DNA of 64,000 nt, from the IMG/VR virus record IMGVR_UViG_3300025120_000025, positions 1 to 64,000 of that record; one strand, given 5' to 3'. This document shows positions 20,555 through 29,701 of this stretch, piece after piece (positions within the stretch are counted from its first letter, which is position 1; each line of letters begins with the position of its first letter). Both the position numbers and the translations under genes were made by a program. This DNA comes from a virus. The notes beneath the pieces are model-generated. The model was not told the DNA's origin, did not search any database, and was given only the letters and a program-made list of their open reading frames with translations.

Positions 20555-21085
20555 ATGGCACTAACTAAAGTAACAAAACACGTTGTGTTCGGTTCAGTTC
20601 TGATTGCACACTACGGAAGAGATTTTGGAGACGTATCTACGGTATCTGCAACATTTGCACAATGGGGTACAGATACTTCAGTGACACCACAATATACAGA
20701 TAGTCATCTTGAACTAGTATGTACTGGATCAGTTCGAAATGATTCCACTGGTAACACAACTGGCGAACACTATGGCGCCGCTCAGTTTGTTGTGAATGGT
20801 TCAGTAGAATATATTCAAAGAGGACTACTTGGAGGTAATCCAAGCAGGTCAGGTGGTCACAATCATCAGAACCAACAATTTGGTGAAAACAATGGTAGAC
20901 AAAATTGGAGACATTTTGGTAGTGGTAGTGCTATATACATGAACCATATTCATGCACCTGCCTCAACGAATGCTCAAGTAGTAAAAACAGAAGTAGCGTG
21001 TGAGAATGCTGGTCCTAATTTTATATTCGAAGAAGGATATCTAACTATTAGTGAAATCGCCGGCAATCACTATAACTTGACATAA
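20555..21085 (+). CDS. putative fibre-tip/adhesin protein, paralogue C
   Basis: Same scaffold; loop GGHNHQNQQFGENNGRQNWR. Confidence 0.6.
   Translation: MALTKVTKHVVFGSVLIAHYGRDFGDVSTVSATFAQWGTDTSVTPQYTDSHLELVCTGSVRNDSTGNTTGEHYGAAQFVVNGSVEYIQRGLLGGNPSRSGGHNHQNQQFGENNGRQNWRHFGSGSAIYMNHIHAPASTNAQVVKTEVACENAGPNFIFEEGYLTISEIAGNHYNLT
20850..20911 (+). repeat. 62-bp direct repeat, copy 2
   Basis: 61/62 identical to 20303..20364. Confidence 0.95.
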
Positions 21086-21097
21086 AAGGATAATAAA

Positions 21098-21643
21098 ATG
21101 GCATTAACAAGAGTAACAAAACATATCATACATGGGTCACTATTAGTCCAGTTCAAGTATACAGAGAATACTGGTGATTTTGATATCAGTTCTTCACAAA
21201 GTACGTTCACTGAAATAAACAGTAAAAATATTGTGATGACGCCACAGTATGCGGATTCTATCTTAGAAGATAGTGCTTCTATGACTGTTAAGATGCAACA
21301 TAGTTCTGATAATGTAACAGATACAATAACAACTGCTTTGTTTGTAAATGGTAATAATGAATTTGAAGCGATTGATTTAATAGGGTTTCAACCATATGGT
21401 AATGGTCACTCTCATTCAGGTGGTCGTAACGATAGAACAGCACCAACAAGAAGACACGGTCATGTAAGAAATATGGCAGCGGCCGCTGGATTTACTCATG
21501 CATTTACTCCTGCATCAACAAATGCTCAGGATCAAGATATTCGATGTAAAAACTCTGCTACCAGAAATATTAGAATTCGTGACTTCTTCTTTATTAGTAA
21601 AGAAATTTCTATTGGTCTCGCAACTTCTGGTTCACAGAACTAG
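21098..21643 (+). CDS. putative fibre-tip/adhesin protein, paralogue D
   Basis: Same scaffold; loop PYGNGHSHSGGRNDRTAPTRRHGHV. Confidence 0.6.
   Translation: MALTRVTKHIIHGSLLVQFKYTENTGDFDISSSQSTFTEINSKNIVMTPQYADSILEDSASMTVKMQHSSDNVTDTITTALFVNGNNEFEAIDLIGFQPYGNGHSHSGGRNDRTAPTRRHGHVRNMAAAAGFTHAFTPASTNAQDQDIRCKNSATRNIRIRDFFFISKEISIGLATSGSQN
21390..21467 (+). repeat. 78-bp direct repeat, copy 1
   Basis: 74/78 identical to 21972..22049. Confidence 0.95.
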
Positions 21644-21679
21644 ATTGACTTTTAGTTTTGTCTATCAAAGGAATTTATA

Positions 21680-22249
21680 ATGCCGTTACACAAAATAACG
21701 AAACAGTCAGTAAAAGGTTGTCTATTAGTACAGTTTAAATATGAAGAAAATGAAGGCGAATGGTCACACGCTTCTGGTTCAAATGTTTTTGCGACAGTTA
21801 ATAATAAAAACATTACTCTTACCCCACAATATCCAACTTCTATTATTGAATTTAGTTGTTCGTTCACCATTCGAGGATCGCAATCATCACAGAACTCATC
21901 TCACACATTTGAATCAAGATTATTAGCAAACGGACAAGAAGAATATCTCTCGATTGATGTTGGTGGTTATGAACCATATGGTAATAATCACTCTCATACA
22001 GGTGGTCGTAACGATAGAACTGCACCAACAAGAAGACACGGTCATGTAACTAATAGTGCATACAGTGCAGGATTTACTCATGCATTTATTCCTAGAGCAA
22101 CAAATGCAATTATATTAGAGGTACAAGCAAGAAGTACTACCGACATGGATTTTATTGTTGCTGATTTGTTTATGATTGCAAAAGAAATTGGAATACCTGA
22201 AGATAGGGTGGCAGGCGGTTCTGGAAGTATTACACATGATGGTGTATAA
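21680..22249 (+). CDS. putative fibre-tip/adhesin protein, paralogue E
   Basis: Same scaffold; loop PYGNNHSHTGGRNDRTAPTRRHGHV. Confidence 0.6.
   Translation: MPLHKITKQSVKGCLLVQFKYEENEGEWSHASGSNVFATVNNKNITLTPQYPTSIIEFSCSFTIRGSQSSQNSSHTFESRLLANGQEEYLSIDVGGYEPYGNNHSHTGGRNDRTAPTRRHGHVTNSAYSAGFTHAFIPRATNAIILEVQARSTTDMDFIVADLFMIAKEIGIPEDRVAGGSGSITHDGV
21972..22049 (+). repeat. 78-bp direct repeat, copy 2
   Basis: 74/78 identical to 21390..21467. Confidence 0.95.
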
Positions 22250-22262
22250 ATAGATATAAATA
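22245..22262 (+). promoter_or_regulatory. tandem T4-type late promoters
   Basis: TATAAATA at 22245 and 22255. Confidence 0.75.
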
Positions 22263-22300
22263 ATGATGTTATCAAATTATGAAATTAGGAGTTTAAAACT

Positions 22301-23176
22301 ATGGTAGACGCAAATACATTAAAGAAAACTGTTGGTCCAAAATCAGTAGAGGAACTAAGAAGAAAAGGTCCTCCTACTAGAGAAGAAATGGAAGCAGTTA
22401 TGGCGAAAGGCGCAATGGGTATTGCCGCCACAGATGAAGAATTAAATATTCTAGTAGAATATCATGCAAAATATAAACGTGCAGATAATTTAGGGAATAT
22501 GTTAGCAATTCTATACCCGAATTGTGATTGGTCATTAAACACAGTAGTAGGAGCAGATTGGAATGTAGCAGATAGTGGATTGCATCCAGGTGCTTTAGAA
22601 GCAGTAGAGTGGGATGAAGATAACCCATTACCTAAACCAACCTTTGCAGAACTAAAAAAGTTAAGACCTTATGTACAAGATATTCTAGACCAACAAGCAT
22701 ATCTAGATATGCGTAGAGCAAACTATCCTGGCGAAAATGAGATGATTAGAGCATTGTGGGAATATATACTTGAAGGTAATGATGTTGGTGTTAATGCATT
22801 ACAAGCAAGAAGAATTGCAACAAAGAAAAGATTTCCTAAACCAGAAAATAAACACTGGATGGTACAGTCAGAAGAATATCTAAAGATTTTTCCTAATTCA
22901 CCTGAAGATATTCTAAGAGATGTTGATGAAGCAACAATGCAAAAGATTGCTTTTAATCCTCACTTAGAAGCAGAAGATGCACTACCATTAAGTACAAAAT
23001 TATCACTTGAAGAAAGAATGGAAAAAGTTCTTGACGCAAGAGGATTCAATCCAGAGGAAGTTATCAATAGAACTATCACTCTGGAAGACGTTGATAAAGA
23101 AGAAGCACGATTGGAATCAAAGGGCGTTGATGTCAACGCACAAGAGACTGCTTCAGATGAAGAAACCAAAGAGTAA
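22301..23176 (+). CDS. putative tail-fibre assembly chaperone (XkdW-like core, extended termini)
   Basis: LYPNCDWSL..EW....PKPTFAEL..Y...RRANYP..KKRFPKP pattern; follows the adhesin array. Confidence 0.5.
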   Translation: MVDANTLKKTVGPKSVEELRRKGPPTREEMEAVMAKGAMGIAATDEELNILVEYHAKYKRADNLGNMLAILYPNCDWSLNTVVGADWNVADSGLHPGALEAVEWDEDNPLPKPTFAELKKLRPYVQDILDQQAYLDMRRANYPGENEMIRALWEYILEGNDVGVNALQARRIATKKRFPKPENKHWMVQSEEYLKIFPNSPEDILRDVDEATMQKIAFNPHLEAEDALPLSTKLSLEERMEKVLDARGFNPEEVINRTITLEDVDKEEARLESKGVDVNAQETASDEETKE

Positions 23177-23187
23177 GGAGAAATATC

Positions 23188-23583
23188 ATGCCAATCAAAA
23201 ACGGTAAACTTATTCTACAAAGAGAAGTATCTGACTTTTCCGAAAGGTTCACAGTTGATCCAGCAAATTTGTTATCAGTAGGAACGGTTGTCTCTATGGC
23301 ATCATCTGGTAACTTTGAGATAGCAGTATCTTCTGGAAATACTGATGGTCGTGTTATCGGAGTTATTTACTCTCTTGATAGAACAGTTAATCCATATGTT
23401 GCCCTAAAGGGTAGATGTATTGTTAATGTACGAGGTGCAGTCGCAAAAGGTGACATTTTAATTCTTTCAGCATATCAAGGTATGTTAGAAACAAATAACG
23501 GCGCCGACTTTAGTGCTATTAAAGCAAGGTCATTAACAGTGAATTCACTTCAACATGGACAAGTTGAGTGCGTTCTAGCATAA
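23188..23583 (+). CDS. stand-alone protein resembling a fibre C-terminal chaperone (peptidase G2/IMC-like) domain
   Basis: DFSERF..GTVV..VIGVI..VALKGRC.V.V.G.V.KGDIL. Confidence 0.55.
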   Translation: MPIKNGKLILQREVSDFSERFTVDPANLLSVGTVVSMASSGNFEIAVSSGNTDGRVIGVIYSLDRTVNPYVALKGRCIVNVRGAVAKGDILILSAYQGMLETNNGADFSAIKARSLTVNSLQHGQVECVLA

Positions 23584-23623
23584 TTAGATAATAATAAAAA
23601 GACTATAGTTTAAAACTCTATTT

Positions 23624-23672
23624 TCTCCAAGGTATAAATACTAGTAAGAATAGACTAGATATACCTTGGAGA
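23624..23672 (+). promoter_or_regulatory. late promoter within a 13-bp inverted repeat that occludes the gp13 RBS
   Basis: TCTCCAAGGTATA (23624-36) / TATACCTTGGAGA (23660-72); TATAAATA at 23633-40; SD GGAG at 23668-71. Confidence 0.75.
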
Positions 23673-23678
23673 TTTTTT

Positions 23679-24623
23679 ATGGCAAACCCTACAAGTAGAA
23701 GTACGTTACAAGAGTACTGTTTACGCCGTCTCGGTAAAGGCGTCATTGATATCAACGTATCAACTGACCAGATAGATGATAGAACTGACGAAGCAATACA
23801 GTATTTTCAGGATTATCACTTTGATGGTGTAGAGAGAACATATCTCAAGCACAAAGTAACGGCAACGACATTAACAGTTTCGGACTCTTCAGTTTTCACT
23901 CTGAAAGAGAAAATTACAGGTGGCACATCTGGTGCTACTGCATTTATACACGATGCACCGACTTCAACAACTATTCGTGTTAAAAATGAACTCGGCGACT
24001 TTCAAGCAAATGAAACTCTAACTGGCGCAGTAAGTTCAGCGACACAAACATTAACATCAATCTCAGCAGGAGATATTAAAAATGGTTATGTTACAACTAA
24101 TGATGCCGTTATGGGTGTTGTTAGAGTGTTTCCATTTGCAGATAGAGCAAACATAGATATGTTTGATACAAGATATCAGTTGAGACTAAATGAGATTTTT
24201 GACCTAGCAAATGCTAGTGTTCTTTATTATAATATGGTACAAAGACACTTATCTCTCATAGAAGAGACTTTAACAAGTAACCCTCCTCTACGATTTAACA
24301 GACATACTGACAGAATTTATGTTGATATGGATTGGGATGCAGATATTAATGTCGATGAGTATCTTATATTCGAAGCATATCGTATATTAGACCCGTCAAC
24401 TTACTCTGATGTATATAACGACTTGTTCTTGAAAAAATATCTAACAGCATTAATCAAGTTACAATGGGGTAACAATTTAAGTAAATTTTCTGGAGTTCAA
24501 ATGCCAGGTGGCGTAACTCTTGATGGTGTGCGTATTATGCAAGAAGCAACCGAAGAGATTAATAAAATAGAAGAAGAAATGTCACTCAGATATGAATTAC
24601 CAGTAAACATGATGGTAGGATGA
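23679..24623 (+). CDS. gp13: neck protein gp13
   Basis: YCLRRLG..VIDINV..QIDDR, YHFDG, QWG.NLSKF.GVQMPGGVTLDG. Confidence 0.93.
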   Translation: MANPTSRSTLQEYCLRRLGKGVIDINVSTDQIDDRTDEAIQYFQDYHFDGVERTYLKHKVTATTLTVSDSSVFTLKEKITGGTSGATAFIHDAPTSTTIRVKNELGDFQANETLTGAVSSATQTLTSISAGDIKNGYVTTNDAVMGVVRVFPFADRANIDMFDTRYQLRLNEIFDLANASVLYYNMVQRHLSLIEETLTSNPPLRFNRHTDRIYVDMDWDADINVDEYLIFEAYRILDPSTYSDVYNDLFLKKYLTALIKLQWGNNLSKFSGVQMPGGVTLDGVRIMQEATEEINKIEEEMSLRYELPVNMMVG

Positions 24624-24627
24624 TTAC

Positions 24628-25473
24628 ATGGCACTTAACGCTCATTTCGACCAAGGTGGTGGATTAGACAGTTCTGGTTTTAGTGCAGAACAATCATTAA
24701 TTCAAAATCTTTATACAGAAGCAATTAAGATTTATGGATTTGATGTATTTTATATTCCACGAACACTTGTAAACGTAGACAAAATATTTGAAGAAGACGA
24801 ACTATCTAAGTTCACTTCCGCTCACTCTATAGAAATGTATCTACAAAGCGTAGATGGATTTGAGGGTGAAGGTGACTTCTTATCTAAGTTTGGTGTTGAG
24901 ATACGAGATAGAGCAAGTTTTGTAGTAGTTAAATCTAGATGGACTGAAGCAGTAGATGATAATGCATCACTTATCATTGAGGGTCGACCTAACGAAGGCG
25001 ACTTGATTTACTTTCCGCTCACAAAAGGTTTATTCGAAATATCTTTTGTCGAACATGAGAATATATTCTATCAAGCAAATAACATATACACATATCGAAT
25101 AGACGTAGAAAGATTTGTATATAGTAGTGAGAAGATTGATACCGGTATTGCCGCTATTGATGCAATCGAAGATGCACGTTCTACTGATGCTCTTACATAC
25201 GAGTTAATTGAAGAGAACTTAATCATACAAGAAAATGGCGATCCTCTATTAACCGAAAGTGGTAATAGAGTAAGAAATGAAGTAAGTGGTGCGATGATAC
25301 TAGAGAATGGATTTAGAATAATCAAAGAAGATTATAACTTATCAACTACAACCACTCCTGCAACGACTGCCGCTTCAATAGAACCTTTAGCGAGAAACGA
25401 TGACTTTGGTCTAAGTGCAGATGATATTATAGACTTTAGCACAAGCAACCCATTTGGTGAGGTACAGAGATAA
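24628..25473 (+). CDS. gp14: neck protein gp14
   Basis: EAIKIYG.DV.YIPR, GFEGEGDFLSKFG, RPNEGDLIYFP, NPFGE. Confidence 0.93.
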   Translation: MALNAHFDQGGGLDSSGFSAEQSLIQNLYTEAIKIYGFDVFYIPRTLVNVDKIFEEDELSKFTSAHSIEMYLQSVDGFEGEGDFLSKFGVEIRDRASFVVVKSRWTEAVDDNASLIIEGRPNEGDLIYFPLTKGLFEISFVEHENIFYQANNIYTYRIDVERFVYSSEKIDTGIAAIDAIEDARSTDALTYELIEENLIIQENGDPLLTESGNRVRNEVSGAMILENGFRIIKEDYNLSTTTTPATTAASIEPLARNDDFGLSADDIIDFSTSNPFGEVQR

Positions 25474-26243
25474 TGTTAGGACAAAATCATTTTTATCACG
25501 AAACAGTTCGTAGATGTGTTATTGCATTTGGTAGTGTATTTAATGATATACAAGTTCACAGAAAAAATGCAGATGGATCAGTCGCACAATCTTTGAAGAT
25601 ACCTCTCGCATATGGACCTAAACAAAAGTTCTTAGCACGTTTGTATGAAAACCCAAGTTTAACAAATACACATCAAATTACTTTACCTAGAATGGGGTTT
25701 GAGATTACTGGTTTTACTTATGACGGACAAAGAAAAGTAAATAAACTTAATGTTAAAAGAAATTTAAGTACAGGTAATAATGTAAAGCGACAGTATACAT
25801 CAGTGCCATATAACTTTAACTTTTCACTATTCATTATGGCAAAGAACCAAGAAGATGCTTTACAAATAGTAGAACAAATACTACCTTTCTTTACTCCAGC
25901 ATACACTTTGACTATTAATGCAGTTCCTGACATGAACATCAAAGATGACTTTCCTCTTATACTTGATGGATTAAGTTATGAAGATGATTATGAAGGAGAT
26001 TTTGCGTCACGAAGAAGTATCATATATACTATGACGTTTACAGCAAAAGTTAATTTTTATGGACCAATAAGTGAGCAAGGTGTGATTAAAACAGTAGTAG
26101 CAGATGCATTTTTAGACAATGCCGCTATAGCAGGTACGTCATCAACTGTAACATCTAGATTGACTACTACGCCGAATCCAACATCTGCCGATAGTGATGA
26201 TGATTATGGATTTACAGAGACTTGGACGGAACCTAACGGTTAA
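25473..26243 (+). CDS. gp15: tail sheath stabiliser/completion protein gp15
   Basis: FYHET, PLAYGPKQKFLAR, LPRMGFE, QIVEQILPFF.P. Confidence 0.93.
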   Translation: MLGQNHFYHETVRRCVIAFGSVFNDIQVHRKNADGSVAQSLKIPLAYGPKQKFLARLYENPSLTNTHQITLPRMGFEITGFTYDGQRKVNKLNVKRNLSTGNNVKRQYTSVPYNFNFSLFIMAKNQEDALQIVEQILPFFTPAYTLTINAVPDMNIKDDFPLILDGLSYEDDYEGDFASRRSIIYTMTFTAKVNFYGPISEQGVIKTVVADAFLDNAAIAGTSSTVTSRLTTTPNPTSADSDDDYGFTETWTEPNG

Positions 26244-26257
26244 GGAAATTATGATAA

Positions 26258-26683
26258 ATGCCAAAGATAAGCGATGAAACAGAGGTATCGTTACCACTCA
26301 GAAATATGATTAGTATGATTGCTGGTGCATCTCTAGCAACGTGGGCGTATTTTGGATTGGTAGAGAGACTAAATAAATTAGAAACTAACTATACTATGCA
26401 AACCGCAGACGTTCAAATGAACACCGAGTTCAGAATAAAATGGCCGAGGGGTGATATGGGAAGTTTACCCGCCGATAGTGAACAGTTTATGTTGATAGAA
26501 CACCTCGCAGGTGAACTAGAAAAGTTGCAAGAAGAAATTGAAACGGGTCAAGCACCATTTGACCAACAACAGAAATTGACGCTAGAGTTCTACGAAAAAA
26601 GAATTAATTCAATGGAAGAACAGATAGAAAAACTCAAAGATGCTCAATTGCAGGAAAAAGCAAGAAATGGAAATGGGCATTAG
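26258..26683 (+). CDS. single-TM membrane protein with coiled-coil C-terminus
   Basis: Hydrophobic MISMIAGASLATWAYFGLV followed by heptad-rich region. Confidence 0.7.
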   Translation: MPKISDETEVSLPLRNMISMIAGASLATWAYFGLVERLNKLETNYTMQTADVQMNTEFRIKWPRGDMGSLPADSEQFMLIEHLAGELEKLQEEIETGQAPFDQQQKLTLEFYEKRINSMEEQIEKLKDAQLQEKARNGNGH

Positions 26684-26685
26684 AA

Positions 26686-26940
26686 ATGATTGAAACAGGA
26701 ATAGTATTATTGATGTTCTTTGGCGCACCAGCAACGCTTAAAGAATATACACTGAGAGACGGACTAAGCGAATGTCTCAAAGCAAAAAGAACGATTGAAC
26801 GAAATGTAAAATCGCCAGGCGCAGAAGAATATAAAGGTTCTATGCGACTAGCGTGTAAGAAACTTAAAGTAGAAGTCGATAGTGATAATAGAATTATTAG
26901 ATTTGTTGATGATGTAGATAGGGTTCTTGGACCCCAATAA
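26686..26940 (+). CDS. small exported/membrane-anchored protein with two Cys
   Basis: N-terminal IETGIVLLMFFG; LSECLKAKR and RLAC. Confidence 0.7.
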   Translation: MIETGIVLLMFFGAPATLKEYTLRDGLSECLKAKRTIERNVKSPGAEEYKGSMRLACKKLKVEVDSDNRIIRFVDDVDRVLGPQ

Positions 26941-26952
26941 AGGAGACCCACA

Positions 26953-27324
26953 GTGGCAACTAAAACAGTATTAAATACAACAGACACCAGAGCAACATTT
27001 TCTGTATCAGGAGATTTTACTGCAGGTTCAGTAGATATCGACTTAGATGTAGATACTCTTGGTAGAGATGAAACTGCAACTGATCCTTCTTGTTCTATAC
27101 TTCAGATAGATTATGATAATAATGTAGGAGACATACAAGTTTATCGTGTAACTGAACCTAACTTAACTACAGTGTTTACTTTTAGTGGAGAAGGTACAGG
27201 TTCGATTATTAATACTGGACAAGTAGGACTTTCTGCAGAACCTGCAAAAGATTTAAGAATTTTTATTGAAGATGGAACTGTGACGATTACTTTGAAAAAA
27301 GAATCCGGTTTCACACAATTATAA
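26953..27324 (+). CDS. putative virion protein, paralogue of 35617..35973
   Basis: GTG start with AGGAG SD; shared G.V.ID.D, TA..P...I..I and GT....LKK..G(F/Y). Confidence 0.65.
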   Translation: MATKTVLNTTDTRATFSVSGDFTAGSVDIDLDVDTLGRDETATDPSCSILQIDYDNNVGDIQVYRVTEPNLTTVFTFSGEGTGSIINTGQVGLSAEPAKDLRIFIEDGTVTITLKKESGFTQL

Positions 27325-27332
27325 GGTGTGAT

Positions 27333-27764
27333 ATGAGTAAAATTGATGATAAACTAAATCGAGTATTCGACATAGCAGAACAATTACCAAGAAATGATAT
27401 AACACCTTCAACGCATTTACCAGTAGTAGATGCGACTAAAGAAGACAAAGATGCTGACTATGAACTAGCAAGAAACAACTTTCACTTACTAATAGAGAAA
27501 GGTAATACTGCAATCGAAGGTATATTACAACTAGCGAGAGAAGCAGAGAATCCACGTTCATATGAAGTAGCAGGACAATTAATTAAAACAGTTAGTGATG
27601 TTACGCAAGATTTGATGAAACTACAAAAGAATATGAAAGACTTAAATAAAGTAGAAGACAATGCACCCAAGAATGTAACAAACGCATTATTTGTTGGATC
27701 AACTGCAGAGTTGCAAAAATTAATTAAGGGCGAGAAAGAAATAAAGGTGGTAGACAATGAGTGA
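27333..27764 (+). CDS. gp16: terminase small subunit gp16
   Basis: DYELAR, PRSYEVAGQLIK, NALFVGSTAELQK. Confidence 0.92.
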   Translation: MSKIDDKLNRVFDIAEQLPRNDITPSTHLPVVDATKEDKDADYELARNNFHLLIEKGNTAIEGILQLAREAENPRSYEVAGQLIKTVSDVTQDLMKLQKNMKDLNKVEDNAPKNVTNALFVGSTAELQKLIKGEKEIKVVDNE

Positions 27765-28014
27765 TTTTGATTTTGGTTTTACAGCGGTAGATGAAGATGA
27801 ACTAGAAGTTGTTCAGAAAGCATCAGCAAATGCAGAAAGTAATGCCTCGCAAGTAAACAAGTTAGAAAATAAAGTAGATAAAATCTACAACGCAGTTCTT
27901 CCTCTGTTATCTAATTTAAAAAAGAATCCAGAGAAAGATTATATATATTGGCCAAATCGTAATTTGAAGATTGACCAATTTGAAGTAGTACTACAGAAGA
28001 TTATAAATGAGTGA
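27757..28014 (+). CDS. conserved hypothetical protein
   Basis: MSDFDFGFTAVDEDEL..PLL.NLKKNPEKDYIYWPNR; overlaps gp16 and gp17. Confidence 0.75.
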   Translation: MSDFDFGFTAVDEDELEVVQKASANAESNASQVNKLENKVDKIYNAVLPLLSNLKKNPEKDYIYWPNRNLKIDQFEVVLQKIINE

Positions 28015-29635
28015 TAATTATTTAGGAAATCCTAATCTTAAAAAAACGAATGTTCAGCAAGAATTTACTGCAGAACAAATCGAAGAGTATGTTAAGTGTT
28101 CTAAAGACCCTGGATACTTTATCGAAAAGTATATTAAGATTGTTAATCTTGATGAAGGTTTTATTCCATTTGAGATGTATTCATTTCAAAAGAAGATGGT
28201 TAAAACTTTTCACAAGAATAGATTTTCTATTTGTAAAATACCTAGACAGTCTGGTAAGTCAACTACAGTTTGTTCTTACATTCTGTGGTATGCACTATTT
28301 AATCCTACTGTCAACTGTGCCATTCTTGCAAACAAAGGCGCACTAGCAAGAGACTTACTTGCAAAAATTCATATGTCATATGAAGCACTACCTGAATGGT
28401 TACAACAAGGTATCAAAGAATGGAACAAAGGTTCTATTGTATTAGAGAACGACAGTAAGATTATTGCATCATCAACTTCATCAAGTGCGGTTCGTGGTGG
28501 ATCATATAACTTAGTATTTCTAGATGAGTTTGCATTTGTTCCTTTTAATCTTGCAGAAGATTTCTTTCGCTCAGTTTATCCTACTATCACTTCTGGTAAA
28601 AACACAAAAGTTATGGTTGTATCTACACCGAATGGTATGAACCACTTCTATAAGATGTGGGTAGATGCTGAAGAGAAGAGAAGTAATTATGCGACTATTG
28701 AAGTTGAATGGGATGATATTCCAGGTAGAGGCGCAAGATTTAAAGAAGAGACAATCAAAAATACTTCACCAGAACAATGGCAACAAGAATTTGAGTGTCA
28801 GTTCCTAGGTTCAAGTAATACACTAATTAATCCTAATGCACTAAGAAATCTAGCATATGTGCAACCTGAGTACAATAAGAACGATGTAACTGTCTATGAG
28901 AAGGCGCAAGAAGGACATTCATATGTTTGTACAGTTGACGTTGCAAGGGGCGTAGGAATCGACTACAGTGCGTTTACGGTTATAGATATCACAGAGATGC
29001 CTTTCAAAGTTGTATGTAAGTACAAGAGTAATGAAATATCTCCTTTGATGTACCCTACAGTCATCAATCAGATGGCAACTCATTATAATCAAGCATATGT
29101 GCTTGTTGAGGTCAATGACATAGGTCAGCAAGTCGCCGATATTCTAAATAATGAGATAGAATACGAAAATCTATTATCTACCCAATGGAAAGGTAGAGCA
29201 GGACAAGTTTTAGGAGGCGGATTCGGAGGTGGTAATAACACACTAGGTGTTCGTACAACAGGTCAAATGAAACGACTAGGTTGTAGTAATCTGAAAAACC
29301 TCATAGAAGAAAATAAGTTAATCATTCAAGATTTTGATACGATTAACGAACTATCAACTTTTGTAAGTAGAAAAGGTTCTTACGAAGCACAAGAAGGTAG
29401 TCACGATGATTTGGTTATGTGTTTAGTGATGTTTGCATGGTTAAGTGGACAACCGTATTTCAAAGAGTTTGCAGAAACAGACATACGACAAAAACTATAT
29501 AAAGAGAAGATGCAGGCGATAGAAGATGAACTAACTCCATTTGGGTTTGTAACCGGAGGCGACAGCAATGATGCTGAAACCTTTGTAGAAGATGGAGATA
29601 GATGGTCAGTAGTTAATCAAAGTAGCAATTGGTAA
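28007..29635 (+). CDS. gp17: terminase large subunit gp17
   Basis: YLGNPNLK, Walker A RQSGKST, Walker B FLDEFAF, STPNG, nuclease DVARG and HDDLVM. Confidence 0.97.
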   Translation: MSDNYLGNPNLKKTNVQQEFTAEQIEEYVKCSKDPGYFIEKYIKIVNLDEGFIPFEMYSFQKKMVKTFHKNRFSICKIPRQSGKSTTVCSYILWYALFNPTVNCAILANKGALARDLLAKIHMSYEALPEWLQQGIKEWNKGSIVLENDSKIIASSTSSSAVRGGSYNLVFLDEFAFVPFNLAEDFFRSVYPTITSGKNTKVMVVSTPNGMNHFYKMWVDAEEKRSNYATIEVEWDDIPGRGARFKEETIKNTSPEQWQQEFECQFLGSSNTLINPNALRNLAYVQPEYNKNDVTVYEKAQEGHSYVCTVDVARGVGIDYSAFTVIDITEMPFKVVCKYKSNEISPLMYPTVINQMATHYNQAYVLVEVNDIGQQVADILNNEIEYENLLSTQWKGRAGQVLGGGFGGGNNTLGVRTTGQMKRLGCSNLKNLIEENKLIIQDFDTINELSTFVSRKGSYEAQEGSHDDLVMCLVMFAWLSGQPYFKEFAETDIRQKLYKEKMQAIEDELTPFGFVTGGDSNDAETFVEDGDRWSVVNQSSNW

Positions 29636-29638
29636 ACG

Positions 29639-29646
29639 TATAAATA
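29639..29646 (+). promoter_or_regulatory. T4-type late promoter
   Basis: TATAAATA upstream of gp18. Confidence 0.8.
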
Positions 29647-29701
29647 ATAATGTAAATGAACTACGACTTTATTTTAAAGATATAAAACGGGAGTAAATAA
29701 A

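Noticed and set aside
20303-22049. Repeat pairs as diversity-generating retroelement TR/VR
   Set aside because: No reverse transcriptase in the window, both copies lie mid-gene in paralogues, and the mismatches are not all at adenines of one copy
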